This document shows, one piece after another, positions 49,753-62,700 of a DNA stretch of 64,000 bases. The position numbers and the translations under genes were made by a program. The stretch spans positions 35,960,001 to 36,024,000 of the forward strand of contig NC_043002.1 in NCBI RefSeq assembly GCF_006345805.1. Direction: 5' to 3'. Under the pieces are notes generated by a model. The model did not search any database, was not told the origin of the DNA, and was given only the letters and a program-made list of their open reading frames with translations. The stretch's first letter is position 1. Every line of letters starts with the position of its first letter. Source of the DNA: Octopus sinensis (Eukaryota).

Positions 49753-50529
49753 TCCCACTGCACCATTTTGGAATATTATTCAGGGTGAGTCTGTGCTGCT
49801 GCTAACTTTATATTTTTTTCGTAAGTGTACTTTAACCTTACTAACAGGCAGTGGAGGCATGATTGAATTACAGATCACTGATATTTATCAGAGATGGTTA
49901 ATAAAAACTTAGGTTTTGATTGCAACTCAAATTTCACCTCTTCCCATATTGGACAGTTTTACCTATAACTAAGATAAAAGTTGAATAGTAATATTTTATC
50001 AGTGTGCCACAGTCAGTCACAGGTAAATTTAGCTTTCTTGTTCACTGCTATTTTCTTCTTAAATAACAGTGCAGTTTTAGTAAATTGAATTTTCTTTTAT
50101 ATTTATCAAAGTTGTTGTTGATGCTGTTTAGTCTCGGGTTTGCTTTAATGAAGCAAACCTATGAGTAAAGGCACCCCAACCATAGCCATCCTGTCTTTTT
50201 TCAGATATAGTGTATCCTGAAAACATTTATTCAGAGTTGTACTTTTGATTTTAAAAAAAGTAGTGTAGGTTGAAGGAAAATTACCTGCTATTTCTAGCAG
50301 ATAGAGCAACCACGTAGAGATGTCTAAATTAACCTATATTTATTGAAATAGATATTACTGTTTAATTTTCTTTGTGTCTGCTTCCACCAGGTGTTTATAT
50401 ACCTTACAAGTGTATCACATAAAATGTGAGGTGGGGTGGGGTATAGGTGGGAGTTCAAAGTTTTGTTTAATATTGAGAACGATGTTGATGTTTACAATAT
50501 CACATTTAGAATGGTATTTATTGCAATCG

Positions 50530-50714
50530 GGTGGCACGTAAAAAGCACCCACTACACTCTCGGAGTGGTTGGCGTTAGGAACGGCATCCAGCCGTAGAAA
50601 CACTGCCAGATTTGACTGGGCCTGATGAAACCTTCTGGCTTCACAGACCCCAGTAGAACCGTCCAACCCATGCTAGCATGGAAAACGGACGCTAAACGAT
50701 GATGATGATGATGA
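50530..50714 (+). mobile_element. RTE 3' tail fragment (well preserved)
   Basis: GGTGGCACGTAAAAAGCACCCACTACACTCTCGGAGTGGTTGGCGTTAGG...CCATGCTAGCATGGAAAACGGACGCTAAAC(GAT)n. Confidence 0.85.
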
Positions 50715-52844
50715 TATAATTCCATCACTGAGAAGACGGTGTAGTCTCCACCTCCAAAGAAGTCATCTCCTAACCAAAACAGAAAAGTTACAAAGCCATT
50801 GAGCTGCTGATTTTAAATGGTTTCATCCAATATCTTTACAACTGACAGATCATGGCTGTGTGGTAGAGAAGGAAAGGGAGCTGGTTAATATACAGTACCC
50901 CAGCGGGACCAAAGGCCAATGGCTGAAACTATTAAAACAGTAATAAACAGCCCTCAATCAATTCTTAGTCAGCAGTTTTCTAAATCTGTACATATGTTAC
51001 AGAGGATGTTTATGTATATATAAATGAATAGGTGCATATTATATTACTTTTCATCTTGCAAACAGGTATCAGTTTGCTTATATGTACAAGTGGCTGATCT
51101 ACTATATTAATTTGGTAGATTTGTACAAGTAGCATTTAGTAGTAGTTTCTGAGTAGGAGTGGAAAGTTTTCATCTTAATATGTCTCTGAAGTCAAAATGA
51201 GATGATGGATGCTGATATAATCCCAAACATTAGTCTACAATAATTCCAACACAATAGTAACTACTCTATTCTATTTCTGAAGAATCCTATCAGCCTGTAT
51301 CTTCATTATATTTGACTACAAACTACTACCACCAACATCATTAACCCTTTCATTACTGTATTTATTTTGAGATGCTCTGTGTTTCTTTCAATTACTTTAA
51401 ATATAACAAAGGATTTAGTAAAATAACTTAGTTATCATTAAGCTAGTGTTAGGAACATAAATTGTGACTAAGGTTTAATGGAAGATTTTAATTCAAAACT
51501 TATGAAAACAAGACATTTGTACAATAGAGCCAGAGGCGGTTTCAGTCAGGTTTGTATTGAAAGGGTTAATACTATCAATATTTTAACACTCATGGTCTTG
51601 TATCATCTCATTTGTATGCTAAATATCTTAGAATTTGAACTCACCAGTTCATTCTGTAAATCTTTAACTGACTCTTCTCAACTATCAAAAACAGGCCAGC
51701 TTGCTTTTGATTGTAATCCATATGTTACCTACTGAAAGCACTTCAACTGAAAGAGTGTTTAAATATATGAGAAACACCATTCATGCATGTAATCAATTCT
51801 GTCTTACTGAACAAAGGCAGAAAATATAATTTCAACTCCTTACATATCACTAACACCTCCAATACATTTTAATGCAACACACTTCTAAATTCACTATTTT
51901 CACAAACACAAAGCAGATATACACTCTGAATTAAGCATGTTATCATTTATTTTAATCTTCACTTTTACATCTAAACTGTTTCAGTTCACTTTAATAAACT
52001 TAAAAAAGTCATCGTGCCTCTCACTATAATAATGTAATCTCTGTTGCAATATAGCACATCTCGCAAAATACACTAATTGCCTTAGAACAGCCTACAAACT
52101 CTCCAGACTATATCCCATATAACATTGTTGTCCCATACCTCTTTCTCTGACAAATCCTACATAACATGATCTGATTATCATACTGCACACTACAACTTAT
52201 ACTAACTACTATACTAAATTTCACACAAACAACTATGGCTACCACACAATATCTTAAAAGCAAAATTTCCAGATTACTGCATTCCATCCCATAATGTATT
52301 ACTTTTACAAAATGACCAAATAGATACAATATTTGATGACCAGCTCAGGAGTCTTAAGTTTAAATTTGCCCTGAAAGAACTGAGAACTAGGATGGTGGGA
52401 ACTAAAGACAATATTTCTGATACCTTTAACTGTGCTCATGTATTTTGGATGATGATAACTGAGCATGTTGCAACTAATCTGATTGTGTTGTAAAGAAAAC
52501 AAACACTCAGACATCCTTAATTAGGACTGATTAGCATGAAGTAGCTTGGCAACACATGAACTTCTGACTTGCAGTTCTACAAAGCTGGCTGAGTTTATGC
52601 CATCTCCACTCAGGCATTTCTAACTCACTTATCTCCCTTCTTGCTTCCCATATTGAGAAACCTCTAAATTCCCAAAATTAGTCCTATGCTAACCACTGCA
52701 CCTAGTCTCCCCACCCTCAAAATGTTGGCTCTTTGGAATTCCTTGCTTGTCCTTTGTTTTCCCTTTAGCCATTAGTTTGTGAGAGGAACACTAACTGCAT
52801 CAACCTCATCTGTCTTGGAAACTAAATTCTTAAATGAAACTATA

Positions 52845-53090
52845 GGCGCAGGAGTGGCTGTGTGGTAAGTAGCTTGCTAACCAACCACATGGTTCCGGGT
52901 TCAGTCCCAACTGGTGTTGGTGTGTTTATGTCCCCATAACTTAGCAGTTCAGCGAAAGAGACTGATAGAATAAGTACCAGGCTTAAAAAATAAATAATAG
53001 GGTTGATTCATTTGACTAAAAATTCAAGGCGGTGCCTCAGCATGGCTGAAGCCTAGTGACTGAAACAAGTAAAAGATAAAAAAAAGATAC
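52845..53090 (+). mobile_element. tRNA-derived SINE family A with internal deletion
   Basis: GGCGCAGGAGTGGCTGTGTGGTAAGTAGCTTGCTAACCAACCACATGGTTCCGGGTTCAGTCCCA joined directly to the 3' half and tail. Confidence 0.85.
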
Positions 53091-53432
53091 AGATGCATGC
53101 ACACGGACACACACACACTCATGCATGCACGCACACACACAGGTGTGCAGGTTTGTGGTTCAGGAGATAATTTTACAACCACATGCTTTCAAGGTTCAAT
53201 CCCACTTGTGTGATGCCTTAGGTAGGTATCTCTTACAGCTGACCAGTGCACGATAAATGAATTTTGAAGATGGAAATTGTACTGAAGCATGTTTTGTGCG
53301 TGTGTGTTTGCTTGTGTCTCACTACTTGACAATCAGTATTGGTTAGTTTACATCCCTGTAATGTAGCAGTTCAATGCAAAAGAGACAGAATAAGTACTGT
53401 AGTTGATTTTGATTTACTAAAACACTTCAAAC

Positions 53433-54200
53433 CAACAATTTGCTGACGACATCGCTCTTATCAGTGATTCTCTCTCCAATGCCCAGTCTCTTTTACAATC
53501 TCTTGAACAAGCCTCAAATTGTGTAGGTCTTTACCTCAATGAGGCCAAGACTGAATACATAAACAAGTGCCTGTCCAACAGTGATTGCATCATCCATACT
53601 CTCAACAATGTGCCCTTAAATATGGCTTCTGATTACAAATATCTTGGGTCATACATATCATCATCTGGAAAAGACTTTCTAACTAGAAAGGGTATGGCCT
53701 GGTCAGCCTGTAATGACATGCATAAGATCTGGTCATCAAATCTAAGTAGAGACTTCAAACTTGAAATCTTCAAAGCCACAGTCGAACCAATTCTACTATA
53801 TGGCTCAGAAACCTGGACGTTATCAAAGAAGCTTGAGAGGCGGTTGGATGGAACCTACACTCGCCTCCTTATGAGAGCTCAAAATCTCTCGTGGAAGCGC
53901 CATCCAACCAAAATGCAAATATATGGGAAATTACCACCTGTGTCATCTCTTGTGAAAAGTAGGAGAGTCCAGTTTGCTGGACATTGTTGTAGAGCTGAAA
54001 AAGAGGTAATTTCTAGTCTTCTCCTCTGGAAGCCATCTACTCGCAATACCATAGGGCGCACACTCTCCTACCCTGATGTAATCTCCAGGGATACAGGCAT
54101 CCAGCAACAGGACCGCCGTAATGCCATGAAATGCCATGAAGTCTGGCGTAGCATGGTAAATTCCATTGTCTCGACCACGGTCGAACCATGATGATGATGA
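53433..54200 (+). mobile_element. 5'-truncated RTE/RTEX-type LINE with an uninterrupted RT C-terminal ORF
   Basis: Stop-free frame 53421-54191: FADDIALISD...LEQASNCVGLYLNEAKTE...YKYLGS...VEPILLYGSETWTL...RVQFAGHC. It ends in a (TGA)n tail that supplies the stop codon. Confidence 0.9.
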
Positions 54201-54204
54201 TGTA

Positions 54205-54410
54205 TATGTCTGTGTTTGTTCCCCACCATCACTTTACAACCTAGGTTGGTGTGTTTACATCCATGTAACTTAGCAGTTTGGCAAAAGTGACCAATAGAAT
54301 AAGTATTAGGCTTACAAAGAATGAGTCCTGGGGCCAATTTGTTCGACTAAAGGCAGTGCTCCATCATGGCTGCAGTCAAATCACTGAAACAAGTAAAAGA
54401 ATAAAAGAAT
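54205..54410 (+). mobile_element. SINE family A 3' half
   Basis: GGTGTGTTTACATCCATGTAACTTAGCAGTTTGGCAAAAG...GGCAGTGCTCCATCATGGCTGCAGTC and an (AAAAGAAT)n tail. Confidence 0.8.
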
Positions 54411-54959
54411 ATAATACTTATATACATTCTATATTGATTTCTAGAATTAATAACCTCTTATTTTTAATTAATTTTATTCCATATGCAATGATTCTTATTT
54501 AAATAATTCAGCAATATATTTTTGTACAGCCTCATAATATAGTTGCAAAACATCTGTCTAATGCACTTCAGTAGCACAATGTAAAAGATATCTGACCTGC
54601 AACTCCAAATGTCATTAATTCGGCATTTTGTGTCTGTGTATGTGTTTGGTAGTGTAGGCATGTTAAATGCATGTTTACAGGGGTGCCTGTAAATGCATGT
54701 TTGAAAATATGTATAGATAGGCATTAGTGTGTGCGACAAGACCAAAACAAATAAATAAATAAAATAAAACAAATGTAGCAGTGCAGAAAATTCTGAGGAG
54801 AAAATTGAATTTTTGGCAGATCAGATCATTCCTGATTTATCGCCAGTAGGCTACTGCTGTTGCTAGTACTGCTGTTGGCAACATCTTAAGAAAAACAAAT
54901 GAGATAAATGAAATTATCTCTTTTTATGAAGCTTGCTTCCTTGTGTTGTGTCTAGCAGA

Positions 54960-55205
54960 AATTGCTAAAAGTGATAGTTTTACTTATGTATACACAAGAT
55001 CGTTTCTGTTGTCAAGGGAAAATCCTTTTCATAATCATTGCCATCAGTAAAATCATCGTCATTAGCATCAGCATCACCACTGTCATTAACATTATTGTCT
55101 TTGTCTCTGTTATCACCATCCGCATTGCTGCCATGATCGTAGTTACTATCATTATCATACTCCACATGATTTTCATAATTATTATTTTCATCATTGTCAA
55201 ATGAA
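54960..55205. repeat. Degenerate (CAT/ATC)n trinucleotide tract
   Basis: Runs of ATC/ACC/ATT triplets that produce the low-complexity I/T-rich ORFs in the track. Confidence 0.7.
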
Positions 55206-55890
55206 ATTCTTCACTAACCTGTCGCTAATTGGTACTCATTCTTATTCTGCCTCATAATCACATTGTACCTGGACCTCACATCTCTTTCTTTCTCTCTCTC
55301 AATTTCCCCGGTGGGCAAACCATGTATTCACTTCATCAGCACGATACCTTCTCCTCTCCCTCTATCATAGTTTTTCACTACAGTCTATATGCAACTCTGT
55401 TGAGAGGTCTTATCTTATGTGTCATGTAAAAAAAGCACCCAGTACACTCTGTTAAGTGGTTGGCATTAGGAAAGGTATTCAACTGTAATGTTAAAGCAGA
55501 AACAGAACCTGGTGGAACCCTCACACCCATCTGCTCTTCTTAAACTGTCCAATCCATGCCTGCATGGAAAATAGCACATTAAGTGATGATGACATAATAT
55601 ATATATAATAAAATATTAGGGAATAAATCCAAACTTACAGGGAAAAATCAGATTTAGGATTAAATCCAATTTTATAGTATAAATATATTATATTATATTA
55701 TATTAAATTAGAGATAAAACCACTATTAGGCAAATCAAACAATGAAAAACATAAGCCAATACATAATATATATATATATATATATTATCATTATTATTAT
55801 TATTTTATATTTGTTTCAGTAATTAGACATACATGCACATGCATATGCTCAAGAGATAGCTAGCTTCTGCATTCATATATATGTCTGTAT

Positions 55891-55921
<31 letters not shown>

Positions 55922-55950
55922 TTCATTTATTTTCTTTTTGTCTTTTTCAG

Positions 55951-55998
55951 ATATCCTAGTTGCAGTTATCATGAGAGCTTCCAATGGTGATAACTCTG
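55951..55998 (+). CDS. Candidate exon (xILVAVIMRASNGDNS-G)
   Basis: Very strong acceptor TTTTCTTTTTGTCTTTTTCAG|, donor CTG|GTTAGT, 48 nt, phase 1 to 1. Confidence 0.4.
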
Positions 55999-56160
55999 GT
56001 TAGTAACAATACCTATTGTTTTTTTTTCTTTTATTGAACTGTTAAAGCTATTATTGTAAAACATACATACTTCTGTTTTTCTTTCTCTTCTTTTTTGCAA
56101 TTTACTCTTGCAGTGTTCTTCATCCATTACCCTTGTAGCAAAAAAAAAAAAAAAGAAAGA

Positions 56161-56580
56161 ATTATTATTATCATTTTTCTTTATCACAGGTTTTGTTGGA
56201 ACTCATAGTGGGCTTGCTACCTGCAGCCTACAGTACCATACTATCTGACCTTTTCAGTTAGCTAATACTTTCCTGATTATTCTGGCTGTACCAAGGAGGC
56301 AAACCTTTTGTAACAGTTCTACTAGGCACTTTATTTCAATTTCTTTATATTCCCCTTGTTGCCTTCTGGTACTGTTCCCAAGAACCCAGCAATAATTGGC
56401 ACTATCTTGACCTTCTCCATTTTCCATAGCTGGGCTATTTTGTACTTAAGAGGGTTGTATTTATCTATCTTTTCGCCTTCCTTCTTGACTATTTGTGAGT
56501 CAGAAGGGGATGCAATATTAGTTATATAGCATATATGGTGCACCTTGTCCACCACCACTATATCCAGTTTATTATCACCA
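56161..56580 (-). mobile_element. R4/Dong-type non-LTR retrotransposon 3' fragment (restriction-like endonuclease)
   Basis: NKLDIVVVDKVHHICYITNIASPSDSQIVKKEGEKIDKYNPLKYKIAQLW...VPIIAGFLGTV...ELLQKVCLLGTARIIRK (PD-x-D...K.KY RLE motif). Ends at an (AAT)n run. Confidence 0.85.
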
Positions 56581-56849
56581 GTTCAGCCCTACCAAAGATC
56601 AAAGGCATTCCAACCATAGGCATCCCACCTTTATCTAATGTGACCATGAGAAAGAGATTTAGCTGTTGTATCTAGCAGGTCAAGTGTTGATGTAGAAGTT
56701 CCCTCTTATTATTGTTGTTACTGTTGGTGTTGTTGTAGTTATTTGGTTTGGCCAGAATATTTTCAATGTTAGTCTTGACTAGCTAAGATTCAATTAGTAT
56801 TCTATATACAAGATACACACACATAACTAGAGTGGTATCCTTTATACAA

Positions 56850-57330
56850 GTTTGGAGCCCAAATCTCTGATGAAATCACATGTAAGAAAGAAATTAGGGC
56901 ATGGCTAACCATGGTAACACTGTCCATGGGAAAAGTTAATAACCTCTGGAGAAGCAAAAGTGTCCCAACCAAACTAAAAACAAGGCTAGAGTGAGTGCTC
57001 ATTTGGCCAACTGACATTTATAGCTGCAAAGCATGGACTCTGAACAAATTTGAAGAGAATATAATCAAAGCATTTGAATTGTAGGTGTATAGGAGAATCT
57101 TATGAGTTTCTTACAAGGATCATCAGACAATAAATGTTTGTTATAAACAAGTAGGTGAAAGACAATTCCTGAACATTTTGAAAAAACAAAAGCTCAACTA
57201 TTATGGCTATATTCAAAGAAGCAGAGGTCTGGAAAACATTATTATCATGAAAGGAAGAGTTGAGGATAATAGATCAAGAAGCATGCAAAAAATGCAACGG
57301 ATGGACAATAATACGAATTTGTTGAACAAG
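56850..57330 (+). mobile_element. Degraded RTE (BovB-like) ORF2 C-terminal fragment
   Basis: FGAQIS...KKEIR...LWRSKSVPTKLK, FYSCKAWTLNKFEENIIKAFEL*VYRRIL, KKQKLNYYGYIQR...GRVE.NRSR. Confidence 0.75.
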
Positions 57331-59565
57331 AGTGTCAAGATATCTAGAGATTTTATGCTTAATCAGGAAAACTTTCATTGCCATGTCATCAATGAACTGC
57401 TATGTCATCAATGCACTACATTACATGACAATGAGAACCCTTTATAGGAGGATAATTTCCTTACAATTGTCAGTAAAACAATGAAGCTAAATTCCTAACT
57501 CCCCACCAGCCATCTTCCCCAGCTCAATGGATCGTTTCTTTATTTTATTTTCTTGCATTTTCCTTTTGCTTTCAATGGAATCTTCTTTGGTAAATACCAT
57601 GAACCAACAATTTATTTCTGTAACTTCATTATTTTTCCTCTCCTTTCTTCTTCATGTCATTTCAAATCATGCCTTTTTCCTTTCCATGTGCCTTTACTTC
57701 CTTCTTTTTATTCTGTTTCCCTCTCTTCCTTTTATTCTCTCTGTTTACTCATATCTCTTCCTTTTTCTTTCTTTCTTTCTTTCTGATTTACTTCTGTTTT
57801 TATTCCAGTCTTTTCCATCCATTCCTTCAGTTATTTATTTCATCCTCTCCTTACAATAAATGCTGGTTTGGTATGACTGAGCCTACAGGGTATCATTGTC
57901 TTAGTTAACTTGCACCTTAGAATCTCAAGAGAATTATTGACAGTTTTCTTAGAAAGATTATTGTGTCATTAGAGACTCTAAGTCTGAGATGGATCATGTG
58001 AGTTGCAATTGTCAGATATAATTAATACTGTCAGTTACAGATACAACATACACACACACATATTAGTAAGTTACTGACTGCAACAAGTGTACACTTGTTT
58101 CATTCTATTGGGAGATCTTCAAGTAGTGCAATAAATGCTGTGTAGCCTTCCAATAGCTGTCTTTGTGTAAGCCAATCAAGGAAAAGCAAGAAAAATCATG
58201 CAAGTAGGAAGACTTTCTTTTGTACTAGTGTGAAGTATTGTTTAGTAAACAATGGAAAATTTTACTCTTGGAGTCTTGGCTTTTAAGAATTTTATTTTAA
58301 AGTGGTTGAGGAATATTTTTAATACACTCTCTTTCTAGATGTAAATCTATAGGAAACTAAAAGATTTCAGAGGTCTAACTGTTGCCTATGAGACAGATAT
58401 GAAATGGAATTGAAAAATGTTAGTCTATACCAAACAGATATGGTAACTTACCTTACGATTCTGGGACTATGCAGAGTTTCTACAAATTATCTTGTTTCTT
58501 CAGCTGGTTGATAAAGGCAGAGCTGGTGAGGTAGTGGCAGCATGTGTGTGAGATGGTGTGCACCAATCAAGGTTAATGATGTATCTGTACATACATGTGC
58601 AGGCCTGGACAAAAGTTTTTGAAATAGACTGGCAGTACTCCAGTATGCAAGTCTCCCCTTCTCCACATTACTTATATTTAACCAAGAGAACACCAATGAC
58701 TTAAACCAATACAGCTTGTTATTAGTGTCATCACAGGCTTTGCTGTCAGAAAGGCATGAGCCAGAATAGATACTGTAAGGCAACTTGCCTGACCCTTTAA
58801 CAGTTCTACAGTTCAACACCTTTGACTGGTACTTTTTTACTGGCCTTGAAGGCATGAAAGACAAAGTTGGCCTCAATAGTATTTGAACTCAGATTGCAGG
58901 GAGTCATAGCAAATATAGCAGGACCTACTACCCAATGCTCTAATGACTTTATCCATTCACTGTCTCCAGTGGTCAAGTAACCAGCTTTTATAGCAGTACA
59001 AGTCATATGTGTATGTGTGCATGTGCACTTGTATACGTATGTATTGAGGAAACTTAAGGTACAATTTTTCACAGCAACTAACCAGTTTCATCTCAGCTGG
59101 GAATCATCAAGCAGTTATAATAATAAAAATTAAAAATTTTTTTATTATAAGTTGGTTCAGGATGTGTACCTTCAATTTCCTCAATAAAAATATATACTTT
59201 ACAGATGTATTGAGTTCATTTTCTATTAGAGGTACTCATAAGTATCATTGTGTGTGTGCGTTTGTACTGAATATTAGCTTCCCGTTCTGGTTTATACATC
59301 ATGTTTACACTAGGGAATGAAATATTGCTCCTTGATCTTGCAGTGACCCCCTCAAACTGAAGTGTTCTTGTAATTGTTTAGTCCTAGGGTAAGTCCTGAT
59401 AGAGCAGGCCTATGATGAGAGGCCAACTCTCTGTAGAAAGACATTTGAGTGATATTTAGCTACTATTTTGAGTGATCATGTAGAGGGTCCCTTAGTTTTC
59501 ATGGGAAGAAGTAGGTATAAGTTGAAAGGTTTACCATTCAAGAAGATTTCTTTATTTTTGTACAG

Positions 59566-59610
59566 AGTACGACACTGCTATACCATATTAATAACAGAGT
59601 TGACTTGACT
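59566..59610 (+). CDS. Candidate host-gene exon (STTLLYHINNRVDLT)
   Basis: Acceptor TTTCTTTATTTTTGTACAG|, donor ACT|GTATGT, 45 nt. Only the phase-0 frame is open. Confidence 0.4.
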
Positions 59611-60152
59611 GTATGTCGTTGGTTTACATTTGTGTTTCAAAAAGTAAGAGAGTGAGAGAGAGAGAGAGAATGTGAGAAGAAATGTTTTGAGAAATAAAAT
59701 GTAGAGATTAATATGATGGAAATGAATCTCTCAAATGATATTTTATAAATATTTATAAGGAATAGAGTATTTTTGTGTAAATACCACATAAGGTCAAATA
59801 CTTTGACCATTTTGATTTAAGTATTATAAACATTGCCTTTAACCTTGTATTTTAACTGATCACCATGTATGTGTGTTTATGTGTATATGATGTATATGTA
59901 TACACACACACACACACACACACACATAAGCATATGTGTGTATGTGATTATTGCTTATAAATTGTAGATATATCAGCTATTTAAGTATGTGTGGTGGCAG
60001 GGAGAATATATTATCAAACTTTTTAGTAAAAATCTATTGTTTCATTGAAGGAAGGTGGTGGTGAAAAAAATGAAAACAAGACAAAAAAAATTAGCTTAAA
60101 CCAATGATAGATTTAGTATCATGTTTAGAAAACATAACTGTTTTAAGTTCAG

Positions 60153-60187
60153 GCATCAATCATAATGTATTCCACCTGCCAGATATG
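60153..60187 (+). CDS. Candidate exon (xINHNVFHLPDM)
   Basis: Acceptor CTGTTTTAAGTTCAG|, donor ATG|GTGAGC, 35 nt. Confidence 0.3.
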
Positions 60188-60332
60188 GTGAGCACCAACT
60201 GAGATAAGCATGAAACATTGAAATAATGACGCCTCAGTAACTGTTACTCATTCTGATCAGAAACTGTAATAGCAGGTGATAGTAATTCTGGTGAAAGTGT
60301 TATATGATTTATCAGTGTTCTGTGAATTCTAG

Positions 60333-60385
60333 ACCTGAAAGATCACTGGCTGATTATAAGTCTCTGGAAGCTGTTGAGAAACCAG
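60333..60385 (+). CDS. Candidate exon (PERSLADYKSLEAVEKP or LKDHWLIISLWKLLRNQ)
   Basis: Acceptor GTTCTGTGAATTCTAG|, donor CAG|GTAGAA, 53 nt; two frames are open. Confidence 0.3.
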
Positions 60386-61929
60386 GTAGAATATACAGAT
60401 GCCTCCTTAAAAAGATAAGGATAAAAGGATACAATAATCTGTAGGATAAAAGAATATTATCATCAATAGAATCAAGTATAATCTGTAAATAACAGGATCC
60501 AAGGAAACTAGTGACAGTCTGTGTCAGCAAATAATGACTCTAAAAAACCCAATATTGAAATAAATTGGTTTATCGCAAGGAAGAGCAGAGCATTTCTAAT
60601 TCTTCTGTCAGTAAAACCTCAGAGTGTTGTTACCATTAGGAGACAAAAATTTAATTATTGGTCATGTTTAACTAAAAAAATTTGTATTTGCTCTAATTAG
60701 CAGCAGTAACAACTGTAAGATTATGATTCAGTCAAGTGGGAATATTTGTAATAGTTATTGTTGCTTACTTCCAACTCAGCTCTGTCTAAGCAGACCTATT
60801 ATCAAATGTACTCCAGCTGTCCTATCTCTTTAAGAGCATTTAAAGTTCTATTCTCTAATGCGTCTGTTCCCCACTTTACTTAAAACAGTACAGATGTAAT
60901 TTGAGGGAATTTGGTTGCTATTTTTACCAGGTCAAGTAACCCCATAAAGCTCCTTCTTTGGCTCTTAATGGTAGTTGCTGTTGATGTCATTCAGAAATTC
61001 ATTTGCAGCCTACCCTATATAGATATGTAATGAACTCACAAAGTAATCCATTATTGTGTGCTTAATTGTATAGCATTACATACTTCAACAGTAACAAAAC
61101 TATAATCCAAATGGTACTTTATGGTGGTGGTTAGTCATATATTCTTCACTGGTAGTTTACTGTCTAGGTAGGTTGCATGTGAAGATGACTATGATCACGC
61201 TTATATTTATTTGAGCTTTCATATTTTATTAACCGACATTATTTCATGTATACATATAAATAATTCAATGGAATAACATTCATAAAATAGCAAATATAAT
61301 TGTTAGAAGTCTTCTGTAATTCAGCATGCTTGATGATATTATGAAGGTAGGGCATAGCCACTGAAGATGAACTAAATAGAAGGAATTCAAACCACAGCAA
61401 ATAATCTGTGTGTTATTCAATACTACAATTTAAGGTTAGTGCCTTTTGTCAAATACAACATAAGCATGTTAAATATGAAAGAGTGAAAGAAGGCAAGAGA
61501 CCAATTCACTGATCAAAGTAACAGATTTGTTTAGACAGTTGTGTGGCTCTCAGGTCTGAGTCTGAGTTTGAGTCTGCTAGCTTTTTATAACTGTATGCCA
61601 CATTTTCCAGAACTCTGGGGAAAACTATTTGGCAGGAAAAATTGCATGCTTCTTTTGAAGTTCATGGCATTAACTATAAGTTGACCAATGTTGATTGTTC
61701 AAGGCATATTCACATAGGTATTAATACCTTTTATGGCAACTCTTTTCCTTTGCTGGTGATACAGTAGGTTGTGGTTCCAAGCTGAGTAAATCTGAGAGTT
61801 ATGGTTCAAAACGCAGTAGGGCCATTACAATAGTACAAAGATAATTAGCATGCTTTCCAATACAAGGATGATATGGGAATTCATAAATAATTTCATCCTT
61901 CTAAAGTCAATGAACCAATGTGGGAACCT

Positions 61930-62169
61930 CTATATATATTTCTTTACTACCCACAAGGGGCTAAACACAGAGGGGACAAACAAGGACAGATAAACAGATT
62001 AAGTCGATTACATCGACCCCAGTGCGTAACTGGTACTTAATTTATCGACCCTGAAAGGATGAAAGGCAAAGTCGATCTCAGCAGAATTTGAACTCAGAAC
62101 GTAACGGCAGATGAAGTACGGCTACGCATTTCACCTGGCGTGCTAACGTTTCTGCCAGCTCGCCGCCTT
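61930..62169 (-). mobile_element. Well-preserved tRNA-derived SINE family B
   Basis: Minus-strand head AAGGCGGCGAGCTGGCAGAAACGTTAGC (A box), GAGTTCAAATTC (B box), body GACTTTGCCTTTCATCCTTTCAGGGTCGATAAATTAAGTACCAG. CpGs are retained. Confidence 0.85.
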
Positions 62170-62219
62170 CTATATAGTTAACAAAAATGAGATACATTGG
62201 ATTATGTAGTTCAAGGTAC

Positions 62220-62700
62220 ACTATGATGCAAATCTAAGATTAAAGGCATTCTAGCCATGACCATTCTCTCTTTCATGTTTGTCTAAGAGTTGCATTGTCC
62301 AATTTGTATTATTCTTTATCTAATACAATAATGTAGTCTAAGGGAGATTTGACTACTATTTCTAGCTAGTTGAGCAACAGTATAGATATTCCCTCACAGA
62401 CTTGTTGATGCTGTAGCTAGTATTATTATACCAGTTGTTGTGTAGCCCTAGGTCAGGTTTGTTTGAGTAGACATATGACATCTGCATAGTTGATGTGTAG
62501 CCCCTGATCAGATTTGGTTAAGAAGACTTATGAAGAAAGTCATTCCAGTCATAGCCATCAGTCTGCTCAATTAGATAGTGTATTGATGACTATACTATGC
62601 AATATATCTTACCTTTTTTGAGATGGTAGTGAATGAGTTGAGAGAGATTTGGCTACTATTTCTAATAGAGTGAATGAGTATGTAGGGAACCAGTTGCTTG
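62220..62700 (+). repeat. Two adjacent copies of dispersed repeat family C (~280 bp unit)
   Basis: Motifs TAGCCC...GGTCAG, AAAGGCATTCTAGCCATGACCAT and GGGAGATTTG(G/A)CTACTATTTCTA. Further copies at ~13600, 14230, 21320, 22420, 33400, 37740, 50120, 56570, 59390, 60780 and 63620. Confidence 0.75.

Noticed and set aside
50622-50632. CTGATGAAAC resembling a hammerhead core
   Set aside because: It is a point variant of the RTE tail sequence CCTGGTGCAGCC, with no stem II or downstream GAAA.
58487-58876. 129 aa minus-strand ORF
   Set aside because: It begins inside a SINE family B copy, and I see no recognisable motif or convincing splice sites.
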